Positions 9,806-18,366 of a stretch of DNA of 32,000 nt are shown in pieces. The translations under genes were made by a program, and so were the position numbers. Each line of letters starts with the position of its first letter. Position 1 is the first letter of the stretch. A model generated the notes under the pieces. It was not told the DNA's origin and made no database searches. It saw nothing but the letters and a program-made list of their open reading frames with translations. The stretch lies in contig NZ_LN831024.1 in NCBI RefSeq assembly GCF_001457615.1, positions 960,001 through 992,000 on the forward strand. Direction: 5' to 3'. Source of the DNA: Pseudomonas aeruginosa (GTDB taxonomy: Bacteria; Pseudomonadota; Gammaproteobacteria; Pseudomonadales; Pseudomonadaceae).

Positions 9806-10728
9806 GCGGGGGTTTCTCGGGTCAGTTGGCGGAACACTTCTTCCAGTTGGCCGTGTTCGGTACGCACCCCGGATACCCGCCAGCCGCTGCCGTGGATCAG
9901 GCGGTTGAGCGCGGGAAGGATCTGCGCGCCGGGGCGGGCCAGGATGGTCAGGGTGCCGGCCCGGTCGGGGCATCCTTCTATACCGGCGACGCCGGGGAGC
10001 ATGGCGATGGCCAGCGGGTCTACCGGTGCTTCGATGCTGAGGCTGACGGCATGGTGGTAGCGGCTGCGGGTCCTGAGTTCGCCCGGGGTGTTGTCGGCCA
10101 GCAAGCGGCCGCCGTTGATCACCAGGGCGCGGCTGCACATGAACGAGACTTCCTCGAGGATGTGCGTGGAAATCACCACGATCTTGCTTTCCGAGAGGTT
10201 CTTCACCAGTTGCCGGACCTGGTGCTTCTGGTTCGGGTCGAGGCCGTCGGTGGGCTCGTCGAGCAGGAGCAGCTCGGGATCGTGGAGGATCGCCTGGGCC
10301 AGCGCGACGCGACGCTTGAAGCCCTTGGACAGGGTTTCGATGATGCTCCTGCGCTCATCCCGCAGCTCCATGCAGTCCATGGCGCTGTCGATGCGCCGAC
10401 GTTTTTCCCGTCCGCTGTAGTCGCGGATGGACGCGACGAAGGCGAGAAAGCCCTCGACCGTCATTTCTCCGTAGCTGGGAGCGTTCTCCGGCAGGTAGCC
10501 GATCAGCTTCTGCGCCTGGCGCGCCTTGTCCTGCATGTCGAAGCCGAAGATGCGTATGCTGCCGGCGCTCGGCGCGAGGAAGCCGGAAAGCATCTTCAGG
10601 GTGGTCGACTTGCCCGCTCCGTTTGGGCCGAGGAGACCGACGATCTCTCCCCGGTCGATGCGGAAGCTCAAGTCGTTTACCACCGTCCGGCCGGAAAAGC
10701 GTTTGCTCAGTCTGTCTATGTCGATCAT
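9802..10728 (-). CDS. ABC transporter ATP-binding protein (GldA-like)
   Basis: 308 aa; Walker A GPNGAGKST, LSKGFKRRVALAQAI signature, Walker B LLLDEPTDGLDP; stop overlaps the permease start. Confidence 0.95.
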   Translation of the reverse strand: MIDIDRLSKRFSGRTVVNDLSFRIDRGEIVGLLGPNGAGKSTTLKMLSGFLAPSAGSIRIFGFDMQDKARQAQKLIGYLPENAPSYGEMTVEGFLAFVASIRDYSGREKRRRIDSAMDCMELRDERRSIIETLSKGFKRRVALAQAILHDPELLLLDEPTDGLDPNQKHQVRQLVKNLSESKIVVISTHILEEVSFMCSRALVINGGRLLADNTPGELRTRSRYHHAVSLSIEAPVDPLAIAMLPGVAGIEGCPDRAGTLTILARPGAQILPALNRLIHGSGWRVSGVRTEHGQLEEVFRQLTRETPA

Positions 10729-11132
10729 GGTTTCACTGGAAGTTGAGCCGTTTGCTGTTATGCGTAGGGGATCGCATGAGCGCGGTAGATTACCGGGAGT
10801 TATTGGCTGGTTTTTCCAGTGGGCTCTTTTTGAGATTAGTTACTTATATTGTTGGGAAACTTCCTACGAACTATCGTTAAAAGATGGAAGTTATTGAGAC
10901 TTCCAGGGCAGCCCTGTAGCTGGCGCAGCGCCTTGGTTCCGCTGTGGGAACGCGGCCATGTCGCGCTCGCTGGTGCCTATGTTGGGGACGAGTCGATTCC
11001 CCCTGCGGAGTTTCACGAGGGAAGGCAGTTGCCGTTTCGACAGACGGGAAGCGGAATAGCCCGGCCGCCTGGATCTTCCGAACTTCGAGACCAATGCAAG
11101 TTGGAGGAAGACCCGACTTCCGCCAGTAGCGG

Positions 11133-13433
11133 TTATTCCTCGCCTTTCAGCAGCGGAAGGCGAATCTCGAAAGTGGTGCCCTGGCCAACCTGGCTCTGGC
11201 AACCGATCCTGCCGCCGTGCCGGTCGATCACCGTCTTGACCATGGCCAGCCCCAGGCCCAGGCCGGCGCTGCCCTCGGCGGAAGCGAAGCGCTGGTACTG
11301 GCTGAACAGGCGCGGTAGTTCGGCGGCCGCGATACCTTTGCCCTGATCGACGATCCGGCAGCTCAGCCAGTCGCCTTCGAGGCGGATGCTCAGGCTGACG
11401 ACGGTCCCCGCCGGGCTGTACTTGACCGCATTCTCCAGCAGGTTGAACAGCGCGCGCGTGAGCAGGCCGGGGTCGGCCCAGACCATCGGTTCCTGCTCGT
11501 CGTCCCAGTCGCGCCGCAGGTCGATGTCTTTCTGTTGCGCGAGGGGCCAGAGCTGGTCGGCGGCGTCCATCGCCAACATGGTGAACATGCACGCTTCGAA
11601 GCGGTAGGCGTCGGACTCGGCCTTGGCCAGTTGCACGAAGGCGTCGGTCAGGCCCAGGGCGCGACGGACCTGCTGCTCTATCTGTCGGTAGACCTGCTGG
11701 CCGGCTTCGTCCTCGGCGGGGCGGACGTCGAGCAGGGCGAGGATCGCCGAGTGCGGCGCGCGCAGGTCATGGGAGAGGAAGCGCAGGAGGGTGGCTCGCT
11801 GGCGCTCGGCATCGCGTTCGGCGCTCAGGTCGATCAGGCTCACCAGCCAGCCGATGGCGGTTTCGCTTTCGACCGGCAGCAGGCGCGCCAGGTCGAGGCG
11901 CAGGTCGCGTTCCCGGTGGTCGCGGAACTCGATGGCTTCCAGGGTTTCCAGCGTTGGGCGGGCGCCGCCGGCGAGGCTCGGATGGCCGAGTTCGGCCAGG
12001 CACTGGCGCAGTTCGGCGCCGCGCAGCTCGCCGCCGAACAGGTCGCGTGCCTTGCGGTTGGCCAGCAGGATCTGCCCCTGCGGGTCGCAGATCAGGGTCG
12101 CCACCGGCAGGCCTTCCAGGCCGTCGGCCATGAACCGCCGGCTGTCGCGGGTGCGGCTGACCGCCTGCTCCAGGGCGGCGATGCGGTTCTGCAATGGATC
12201 GTTGCCGGCGCGCGGGGGGCTGGCCCGCTCGGGCAGCACCTTGGGCTCGCGGTCGAGACGCGCCAGTTCCCAGCCAAAGTAGGCGAGCACCGCGTTCAGC
12301 CGGCGCCAGCTCCAGATCAGGTAGGCCAGCAGCAGGCCGACCAGGCTGGCCAGCGGCGACCACCACCAGCCGTTGAGCAGCAGCGCCCAGGAAAGACCCA
12401 GGGCCAGGACCGCGCAGGCCAGGGTGAGGAGCAAGGCGTGGCGCGAGCGGAACAGCATCAGGCCGAGCAGCAGCGCTACGCTGGCGGCGGAGAGCAGGGC
12501 GGCGAGCCAGGGTTGCAGGTCGACGGCGGTGCGCTGCTGCAACAGCCCGTTGAGGATGTTGGCCTGGATCTCCACCCCCGGCGTGGTGCCGAGGCTGGCC
12601 GACAGCGGGGTGACATAGCGGTCGCCGAGGCCCGGCGCGGTGGCGCCGACCAGGACCAGGCGGTCGCGCAGCAGGCTGTCTGGCACCTCGCCGCGCAACA
12701 CGCTGACGTAGGGCACGCTGGGGAAGCCCGCGTCGGCACCGATGAAGGGAATGCGGATGGCGTGGTCACGCTGCCAGCCGGGCAGGTTGCGCATGTCGTC
12801 GAGGCCGGGCATGGGCATGGCGCCGGCATCGGCGAATGCTTGCCAGGCGAGCAGCGGGCGCGGCTGGCCGAGCGGTCCTTCGCGCAGGTAGACGCTGCGC
12901 ACCGTGCCGTCGCTGTCCGCTTCGACGTTGATATGCCCGATGCCGGCGGCGCAGCCGGCCAGCGGCGCGGTCGGCGGTATCTCCCGTGGCGGTTCGCCGT
13001 AGCGCGGCACGCTTTCGCGCAGCAGTGGCAGGAGGACGTTGCCGGCCCGGCACAGCGATCTTGCCAACTGGCGGTCGCTGTCCGGATTGGAGGAGGGTTC
13101 GCTGAAGATCACGTCGAGCAGTACGCTGCGTGCGCCGGCGGCGGCCAGGCGATCCAGCAGCTCGGCGTGGATGCTGCGCGGCCAGGGCCAGCGACCGAGG
13201 CTTTCCAGGCTACGGTCGTCGATGGCGACGACGAGGATGCGCGGATCGACGGCCAGCGGGGTGAGGTTGCGCAGGCGGTCGTAGAGCAGGTTGTTCAGCG
13301 GCAGGCCGCTGCTCAGCGAAAGCAGGGCGGTGAGCGGAAGGAGCAGCAGGCTGACCAGCAGCCATTCGCGCACCAGGCCGCGGAACAGCCGCTGCGCCTG
13401 GCTGGGCTCGTCCTGGCGGTCGAGCGCCTTCAT
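11133..13433 (-). CDS. CHASE2-domain sensor histidine kinase
   Basis: 766 aa; extracytoplasmic CHASE2 (DPRILVVAIDDRSLESLGRWPWPRSIHAELLDRLAAAGARSVLLDVIFSEP...), TM segments, PAS-like region, HisKA FLSHDLRAP, N box NLLENAVKYSPAG, G boxes DQGKGI and GLGLGLAMV. Confidence 0.95.
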   Translation of the reverse strand: MKALDRQDEPSQAQRLFRGLVREWLLVSLLLLPLTALLSLSSGLPLNNLLYDRLRNLTPLAVDPRILVVAIDDRSLESLGRWPWPRSIHAELLDRLAAAGARSVLLDVIFSEPSSNPDSDRQLARSLCRAGNVLLPLLRESVPRYGEPPREIPPTAPLAGCAAGIGHINVEADSDGTVRSVYLREGPLGQPRPLLAWQAFADAGAMPMPGLDDMRNLPGWQRDHAIRIPFIGADAGFPSVPYVSVLRGEVPDSLLRDRLVLVGATAPGLGDRYVTPLSASLGTTPGVEIQANILNGLLQQRTAVDLQPWLAALLSAASVALLLGLMLFRSRHALLLTLACAVLALGLSWALLLNGWWWSPLASLVGLLLAYLIWSWRRLNAVLAYFGWELARLDREPKVLPERASPPRAGNDPLQNRIAALEQAVSRTRDSRRFMADGLEGLPVATLICDPQGQILLANRKARDLFGGELRGAELRQCLAELGHPSLAGGARPTLETLEAIEFRDHRERDLRLDLARLLPVESETAIGWLVSLIDLSAERDAERQRATLLRFLSHDLRAPHSAILALLDVRPAEDEAGQQVYRQIEQQVRRALGLTDAFVQLAKAESDAYRFEACMFTMLAMDAADQLWPLAQQKDIDLRRDWDDEQEPMVWADPGLLTRALFNLLENAVKYSPAGTVVSLSIRLEGDWLSCRIVDQGKGIAAAELPRLFSQYQRFASAEGSAGLGLGLAMVKTVIDRHGGRIGCQSQVGQGTTFEIRLPLLKGEE

Positions 13434-13451
13434 CGGCGAGGCCCCGGCGCC

Positions 13452-14462
13452 CTATCGGGCACTGCCGCCTCGCGGGTAGTAGAGAATGTCGTAGACGCTG
13501 GTCTCGCCCTCCAGGCCGTCGTTGTCGAAGGCCGAGAGACGGACGTGGTAGAAGGCCGCCTTGAGTCCGCTGAAACTGACTTCCGGGGTGCTCGAGAAAC
13601 GCTCCTGCTGGATGCGCAGGAAGTCCGGATCGCTGGCTACCTGGGCACGGTAGCGCTTGGCGCCGTGCAGCGGGGCAAGATAGAGCTTCCAAACCGGCGA
13701 CTCGCCGTGCTCGCCGCCCTGGCCGCGCAATTGCGGGGCGGGTAGCAGGTCCACCGGCGTCAGCTTGCCCTGCGGCTTGACCTTCAGGCCGCGGCGGGCG
13801 TCGACCAGCACGTCCTCGTCCGGCTCGGCCTGCGCCGCCTTGCGGGCCGGGCGCCTGCCGTTGAGCGGCAGGTCGTCGCTGGTCAGCTCGCGGTTCACCG
13901 CGACGCGCCCGTCGAGCACTTCGGTCAGCGCCTGGCCGTCTTCGGTGCGGGCGCGGAAGTGGGTACCGCGCACGCCCAGTACGCCGACCGGGGTCAGCAC
14001 CTGGAAGCGGTCGTGATCGCTCTTTCTCTTCAGGACATAGGACTCGACCTGCCCCGCGCGCAGGGCGATCTGCGGAATGCCGGTGTCCTCGTCGAGGTGC
14101 AGGGTGACTTCCGAACTGGAGGGCAGGACGATGCGGCTGCCGTCGCCGAGCAGCAGGCTGACGAAGGCGGTCGGAGAGGTCTTGACGCCTTCCAGTTCGT
14201 CGATGTCCATGCCTTCTTCCAGGGGCGTCTGGTTGCCCTTGGCGTCGAGCTTCCAGGCGTCGCCGGCGAGATAGAGCACGCTGGCGGGGAGCGGCTGGGG
14301 CAGGCACGTTTCGCCCTGCTCGATGAACGGCGGCCGTTTCGTCTTGGCCGGCGCGGCCGCGACGGAGCCGGCGAGCAGCGTCAACAGTCCGCCCAGCGCC
14401 AGGGCGGCGCAAGCAGGAAAGAGGGATCGGGAAGTAAGGGCGAGGGCTGTCATAGGCTTCAC
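13452..14462 (-). CDS. FecR-domain periplasmic protein
   Basis: 336 aa (GTG start; ATG 3 codons in is also possible); signal peptide; FVSLLLGDGSRIVLPSSSEVTLHLDEDTG...LRAGQVESYVLKR...FQVLTPVGVLGVRGTHFRA. Confidence 0.88.
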   Translation of the reverse strand: MKPMTALALTSRSLFPACAALALGGLLTLLAGSVAAAPAKTKRPPFIEQGETCLPQPLPASVLYLAGDAWKLDAKGNQTPLEEGMDIDELEGVKTSPTAFVSLLLGDGSRIVLPSSSEVTLHLDEDTGIPQIALRAGQVESYVLKRKSDHDRFQVLTPVGVLGVRGTHFRARTEDGQALTEVLDGRVAVNRELTSDDLPLNGRRPARKAAQAEPDEDVLVDARRGLKVKPQGKLTPVDLLPAPQLRGQGGEHGESPVWKLYLAPLHGAKRYRAQVASDPDFLRIQQERFSSTPEVSFSGLKAAFYHVRLSAFDNDGLEGETSVYDILYYPRGGSAR

Positions 14463-14541
14463 TGGGCGGCGGGTCAGGTATCGCTGGCGGTCCGGTCAGG
14501 CTGCAATCTGCCTGATCGGGCGCCGGTTTCGCAATCCTTGC

Positions 14542-14576
14542 AACGACATCGGGAGCCCGCAGGCTCCCTTGTCGTT
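14542..14576. terminator. Large hairpin downstream of aqpZ, candidate terminator/stability element
   Basis: AACGACA-tc-GGGAGCC-cgca-GGCTCCC-t-TGTCGTT; two stacked 7-bp perfect stems. U-tract on the minus strand is weak or absent. Confidence 0.55.
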
Positions 14577-14618
14577 TCCTCGGCCGCAGCGCCTGGCGGT
14601 TGGGCCAGGCGCTTCGGT

Positions 14619-15308
14619 TCAGTCGTTCTTGTCGCCGATCAGGCGATAGGCCAGGGCGCCGAGTACCGCACCGAGAATCGGCGCGACCCAGAACAGCCAC
14701 AGCTGGGAAACCGCCCAGTCGCCGACGTACAGGGCGACCGCGGTGCTGCGCGCCGGGTTCACCGAGGTGTTGGTGACCGGGATGCTGATCAGGTGGATCA
14801 GGGTCAGGGTCAGGCCGATGGCGATCGGCGCGAAGCCCTGCGGCGCGCGCTTGGAGGTGGCGCCGAGGATGATCAGCAGGAACATGCCGGTAAGTACCAC
14901 TTCGCTGACCAGCGCGGCTTGCAACGAGTAGCCGCCCGGCGAGTGTTCGCCGTAGCCGTTGGAGGCGAAGCCGGCGGCCAGGTCGAAGCCGGCCTTGCCG
15001 CTGGCGATCAGGTACAGCACGCCGCCGGCGGCGAGGCCACCGAGGACCTGGGCGACGACATAGGGCAGCAGTTGGCTGGCCGGGAAGCGCCCGCCGACCC
15101 ACAGGCCTACCGATACCGCGGGGTTCAGGTGTGCGCCGGAGATCGGGCCGATGGCATAGGCCATGGTCAGCACGCTGAGGCCGAACGCCAGGGCCACGCC
15201 GAGGTAGCCGATTCCCAGTTCCGGTACGCCGGCAGCGAGTACTGCGCTGCCGCAGCCGCCCAATACCAGCCAGAAGGTGCCGAAGAACTCTGCTCCGTAT
15301 TGCTTCAT
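14619..15308 (-). CDS. aqpZ: Aquaporin Z / MIP-family water channel
   Basis: 229 aa [27 protein letters not shown]; NPA boxes [11 protein letters not shown] and [11 protein letters not shown]. Confidence 0.97.
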   Translation of the reverse strand: MKQYGAEFFGTFWLVLGGCGSAVLAAGVPELGIGYLGVALAFGLSVLTMAYAIGPISGAHLNPAVSVGLWVGGRFPASQLLPYVVAQVLGGLAAGGVLYLIASGKAGFDLAAGFASNGYGEHSPGGYSLQAALVSEVVLTGMFLLIILGATSKRAPQGFAPIAIGLTLTLIHLISIPVTNTSVNPARSTAVALYVGDWAVSQLWLFWVAPILGAVLGALAYRLIGDKND

Positions 15309-15654
15309 GATGAGGTCCTTTTCAGATCCAGGGTGGGACGCGGATCGAGGCGTCCGGATAGCGGGAGGGGATGATTCGAACAAGGAAGGGGAGATGACAC
15401 ATCCGTGTGTCGAAGCCAGCCCTGGGGGGATTGGCTCGGTTGCCTGGGGCGATCGTCCGTCACCGACCCCTGACTGTGGTTCGAGTGGTCTCGTTCCACG
15501 GCCCGCCGGAGCGGGTTTACACATCCCTGTGTCGGAGCAATCCATTTGCTCCTTGGCCTACTCAGCGGTTGGAAATCTACCAAGCGCGATTTGTCTGCTG
15601 TGAGATTTGCCATATTTCTTCAGATTCTTCCGCGCTATTTCAGATTCGTCGCGT

Positions 15655-15924
15655 TCAAAACACCCAGCGCAACTCGTCACGCACGCTGACGGCGCCGGAC
15701 AGGCCGACGTTCCACATCTCGGCCCTGGCGCGGGCCGGGCCGTCGAGGCCGAGCGGAGTGGCGAAGGACGGGCTGGCGGTGCCCTGGCTGAACGATGGGG
15801 CCTGGACCGGGCCGGCCGGATGGCTTACCGATTCCAGGCCGAGGACCAGGGCAAGGCAGGAAAACTTGCCGAGGGCCTGCAGGTTGATGTCACGCAAACG
15901 TTGGCTAACTGGCCGGAAACCCAT
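15655..15924 (-). CDS. mucE: MucE, small envelope protein with C-terminal WVF signal for AlgW activation
   Basis: 89 aa MGFRPVSQRLRDINLQALGKFSCLALVLG...VRDELRWVF; length, N-terminal hydrophobic segment, terminal WVF and position next to aqpZ match known MucE. Confidence 0.93.
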   Translation of the reverse strand: MGFRPVSQRLRDINLQALGKFSCLALVLGLESVSHPAGPVQAPSFSQGTASPSFATPLGLDGPARARAEMWNVGLSGAVSVRDELRWVF

Positions 15925-16012
15925 GGCTACGACTCCTTGATAGGTCAGGCTGGCGCTGGCTCACGGGCTCTTCGTCCCGCTTAATGGCTATTTGGAATCA
16001 GGCTATCAAGGG

Positions 16013-16026
16013 CTGGTCGCGACCAG
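16013..16026. promoter_or_regulatory. Perfect 14-bp palindrome in the divergent mucE / response regulator gap
   Basis: CTGGTCG|CGACCAG, dyad with no spacer, in non-coding DNA between divergent genes. Confidence 0.45.
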
Positions 16027-16118
16027 AGAGATTCGTCACAATTCTTCAGATTTGTACGTAATTCGCCGTTCCTGGAGCGAAAAAGGGGCGTTAGCCCGAT
16101 TGAACAGGACCAGCTTTT

Positions 16119-16835
16119 ATGCGTGTCGCGATACTGGACGACGAGTCGGCCGAACTGGACCGGGTCGAGCAGACCTTGCAGCAGATACCCGCGCAGGGCG
16201 AACAGGCCTGGACGGTGCACCGTTTCGCCCGTGGCGAGGACCTGCTCAAGCAGCTCAAGCGGGAAACCTTCGACCTGCTGATCCTCGACTGGCAGTTGCC
16301 GGACCTCAGCGGCCTGCAATTGCTGCGCTGGAGCCGCGAGCATCTGGATGCGCCGCCGCCGGCGATCATGCTGACCAGCCGTGACGCCGAACAGGACATC
16401 GTGCAAGCGTTGAACAGCGGCGCCGACGACTATGTCAGCAAGCCGTTCCGACCCAACGAACTGAAGGCGCGGGTAGCCGCCGTGCTGCGTCGCCACGGGG
16501 GAACGCGTCCCGCGCAGCATGAGGTGCAGACTTTCAACGACCTCAGCTTCGACGATGCCGAGCTGACCGTGACCCGGGCCGGCGCGCCGATCAGCCTGAC
16601 CGAACGCGAATACCGCCTGGCCCGCTGCCTGTTCGCCAACCTGGGACGGCCGTTGTCGCGGGAATATCTCTACGAGCGCTTCTGGCCCCACGAGGAAGTG
16701 TTGTCCTCGCGGCCGCTGGATACCCACATCTATCGCCTGCGCAACAAGCTTGGCCTGACCGCCGAGCGCGGTTGGCAGTTGCTGACCATCTACGGCTACG
16801 GATATCGGTTGGAGAGCGTGGCGACGGTCGACTGA
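16119..16835 (+). CDS. OmpR/PhoB-family DNA-binding response regulator (no adjacent kinase)
   Basis: 238 aa; receiver DDE..., LLILDWQLPDLSG, MLTSRD, DDYVSKPF; C-terminal winged helix LTEREYRLARCLFANLGRPLSREYLYERFW...THIYRLRNKL. Confidence 0.95.
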   Translation: MRVAILDDESAELDRVEQTLQQIPAQGEQAWTVHRFARGEDLLKQLKRETFDLLILDWQLPDLSGLQLLRWSREHLDAPPPAIMLTSRDAEQDIVQALNSGADDYVSKPFRPNELKARVAAVLRRHGGTRPAQHEVQTFNDLSFDDAELTVTRAGAPISLTEREYRLARCLFANLGRPLSREYLYERFWPHEEVLSSRPLDTHIYRLRNKLGLTAERGWQLLTIYGYGYRLESVATVD

Positions 16836-16886
16836 GCGGAGCGGGGTGGCGAGACCGACCTTGGCGGTCGGCGAGGGAGAATGAAA

Positions 16887-16912
16887 AAGCCCCGCGGCTG
16901 CGGGGCTTCTTT
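16887..16912. terminator. Intrinsic, potentially bidirectional terminator
   Basis: AAGCCCCGC-GGCT-GCGGGGCTT, perfect 9-bp arms, followed by CTTTT and preceded by AAA. Confidence 0.88.
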
Positions 16913-16926
16913 TCGGCGAGGCGCGC

Positions 16927-17454
16927 TTACTTCTGGAACGCGGCCACGGCCTTGGTGATCTCGGCGCGGGCGGCGTCGGCGTTGCCCCAGCCTTCGACCT
17001 TGACCCACTTGCCTTTCTCGAGATCCTTGTAGTTCTCGAAGAAGTGCTTGATCTGTTCCAGCAGCAGGGCCGGCAGGTCGGTGTATTCCTTCACGTCCTT
17101 GTACAGGACGCTCAGCTTGTCGTGCGGCACGGCGATCAGCTTGGCGTCGCCGCCTGCCTCGTCGGTCATGTGCAGGACGCCAACCGGGCGCGCGCGGATC
17201 ACCGAACCGGGAGCGACCGGATAGGGGGTCACCACCAGCACGTCCAGCGGGTCGCCGTCGTCGGCCAGAGTGTTCGGGATGAAGCCGTAGTTGGCCGGGT
17301 AGAACATCGGGGTGGCCATGAAACGGTCGACGAACAGGCAGTCGGTGTCCTTGTCGATCTCGTACTTGATCGGCGCATGGTTGGCCGGAATCTCGATAGC
17401 GACGTAGATGTCGTTCGGCAGGTCCTTGCCGGCCGGGATCTTGCTGTAGCTCAT
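16927..17454 (-). CDS. ppa: Inorganic pyrophosphatase
   Basis: 175 aa from [32 protein letters not shown]; [24 protein letters not shown]. The track ORF runs upstream into non-genic sequence. Confidence 0.97.
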   Translation of the reverse strand: MSYSKIPAGKDLPNDIYVAIEIPANHAPIKYEIDKDTDCLFVDRFMATPMFYPANYGFIPNTLADDGDPLDVLVVTPYPVAPGSVIRARPVGVLHMTDEAGGDAKLIAVPHDKLSVLYKDVKEYTDLPALLLEQIKHFFENYKDLEKGKWVKVEGWGNADAARAEITKAVAAFQK

Positions 17455-17533
17455 GGGTGACTCCAGAGGTTTCTGGCCAAAAAAGAGGCCGCGATTATAG
17501 GCATATTCGGTTGTCGATGCCATGTACCGGCAT

Positions 17534-18364
17534 TCAGCCGTTAGTCGTGTCGCCCGCCGCCTCGCGGTAGTCCGGATGCTCGGCCTGCAGGCGGCGCAGG
17601 CGTTGCAGCGGGTCCTGGCGGTAGAACAACTGGAGCTGCCGGTATACCGCCGGATAGGCCTCGTGGAGGAGATCCGGGGCGGTGAAGAAATACTCGCTGG
17701 TAACGGCGAAGAACTCCGCCGGATCTTCCGCCGCATAGGGGTCGATGGCGGTCTGCGCGTCGGGGTCGCGGTCGAGCAGGGCGTTCATCTCGTCGTAGGC
17801 GGCCTGCATGGCGCTCGCCCAGTCGCCGATGCGCATGCCGGCGTGCAGCGGCGGCAGGCCGTTGGCGTCGCCGTTGAGCATGTCCAGCTTGTGCGCCAGT
17901 TCGTGGATCACCAGGTTGTAGGCATCCCAGCCACCCCCGCCGACGACGCCGGGCCAGGCCAGGACCACCGGCCCTTGCAGGGACGTCTCGCCGCTGCGTT
18001 CGTCGTCGAACTCATGGACTACGCCGCTGGCGTCGCGGTGTTTCTGCGGGCTGACGAAATCATCGGGATACAGCACCAGCTCGTGGAAGCCCTGGTACCA
18101 GTTCAGCTCCGGCAGGTGCAACAGCGGCAGTTGCGCCTGCGCCGCCAGCAGCAGGCGGCCGAAGTCGTCGAGATCGACGCCGGCGAGTGCGGTCAGGTGC
18201 TTGTCGGCGAGAAACAGCACGGCCCGCTCGCGCAGGCGGCGGTCCTCGTCGGCGTCCAGGCCGTCGAGGATCGGCAGGTGCCGGCGTACCCGCTGCCAGA
18301 ACTCTTCGGCCACCGGGTGGCGTGCCAGCAGGCGCCGGCGCCGCCAGGCGCGGAACGACCACAT
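17534..18364 (-). CDS. mtfA: MtfA-family (M90) zinc peptidase
   Basis: 276 aa; [12 protein letters not shown] zinc-binding motif, [42 protein letters not shown]. Confidence 0.88.
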   Translation of the reverse strand: MWSFRAWRRRRLLARHPVAEEFWQRVRRHLPILDGLDADEDRRLRERAVLFLADKHLTALAGVDLDDFGRLLLAAQAQLPLLHLPELNWYQGFHELVLYPDDFVSPQKHRDASGVVHEFDDERSGETSLQGPVVLAWPGVVGGGGWDAYNLVIHELAHKLDMLNGDANGLPPLHAGMRIGDWASAMQAAYDEMNALLDRDPDAQTAIDPYAAEDPAEFFAVTSEYFFTAPDLLHEAYPAVYRQLQLFYRQDPLQRLRRLQAEHPDYREAAGDTTNG

Positions 18365-18366
18365 GC

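Noticed and set aside
7727-10060. 777-aa plus-strand ORF opposite the GldG/permease genes
   Set aside because: GC-driven shadow ORF; the opposite strand has clear family motifs and this translation has none.
10849-11346. 165-aa ORF spanning the gap upstream of the ABC operon
   Set aside because: Runs into the antisense of the kinase 3' end and shows no family resemblance; not supportable as a gene from sequence alone.
11535-13745. 736-aa plus-strand ORF opposite the CHASE2 kinase
   Set aside because: Antisense shadow of a well-supported histidine kinase; composition typical of high-GC Pseudomonas shadow frames.
13210-15102. 630-aa minus-strand ORF across kinase start, FecR gene and part of aqpZ
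   Set aside because: Arg/Pro/Gly-rich frame spanning three confident genes in other frames.
15407-15984. Plus-strand ORFs (177 and 125 aa) overlapping mucE
   Set aside because: mucE on the minus strand explains this DNA, including signal-like N-terminus and functional WVF terminus; plus-strand products have no domain signature.
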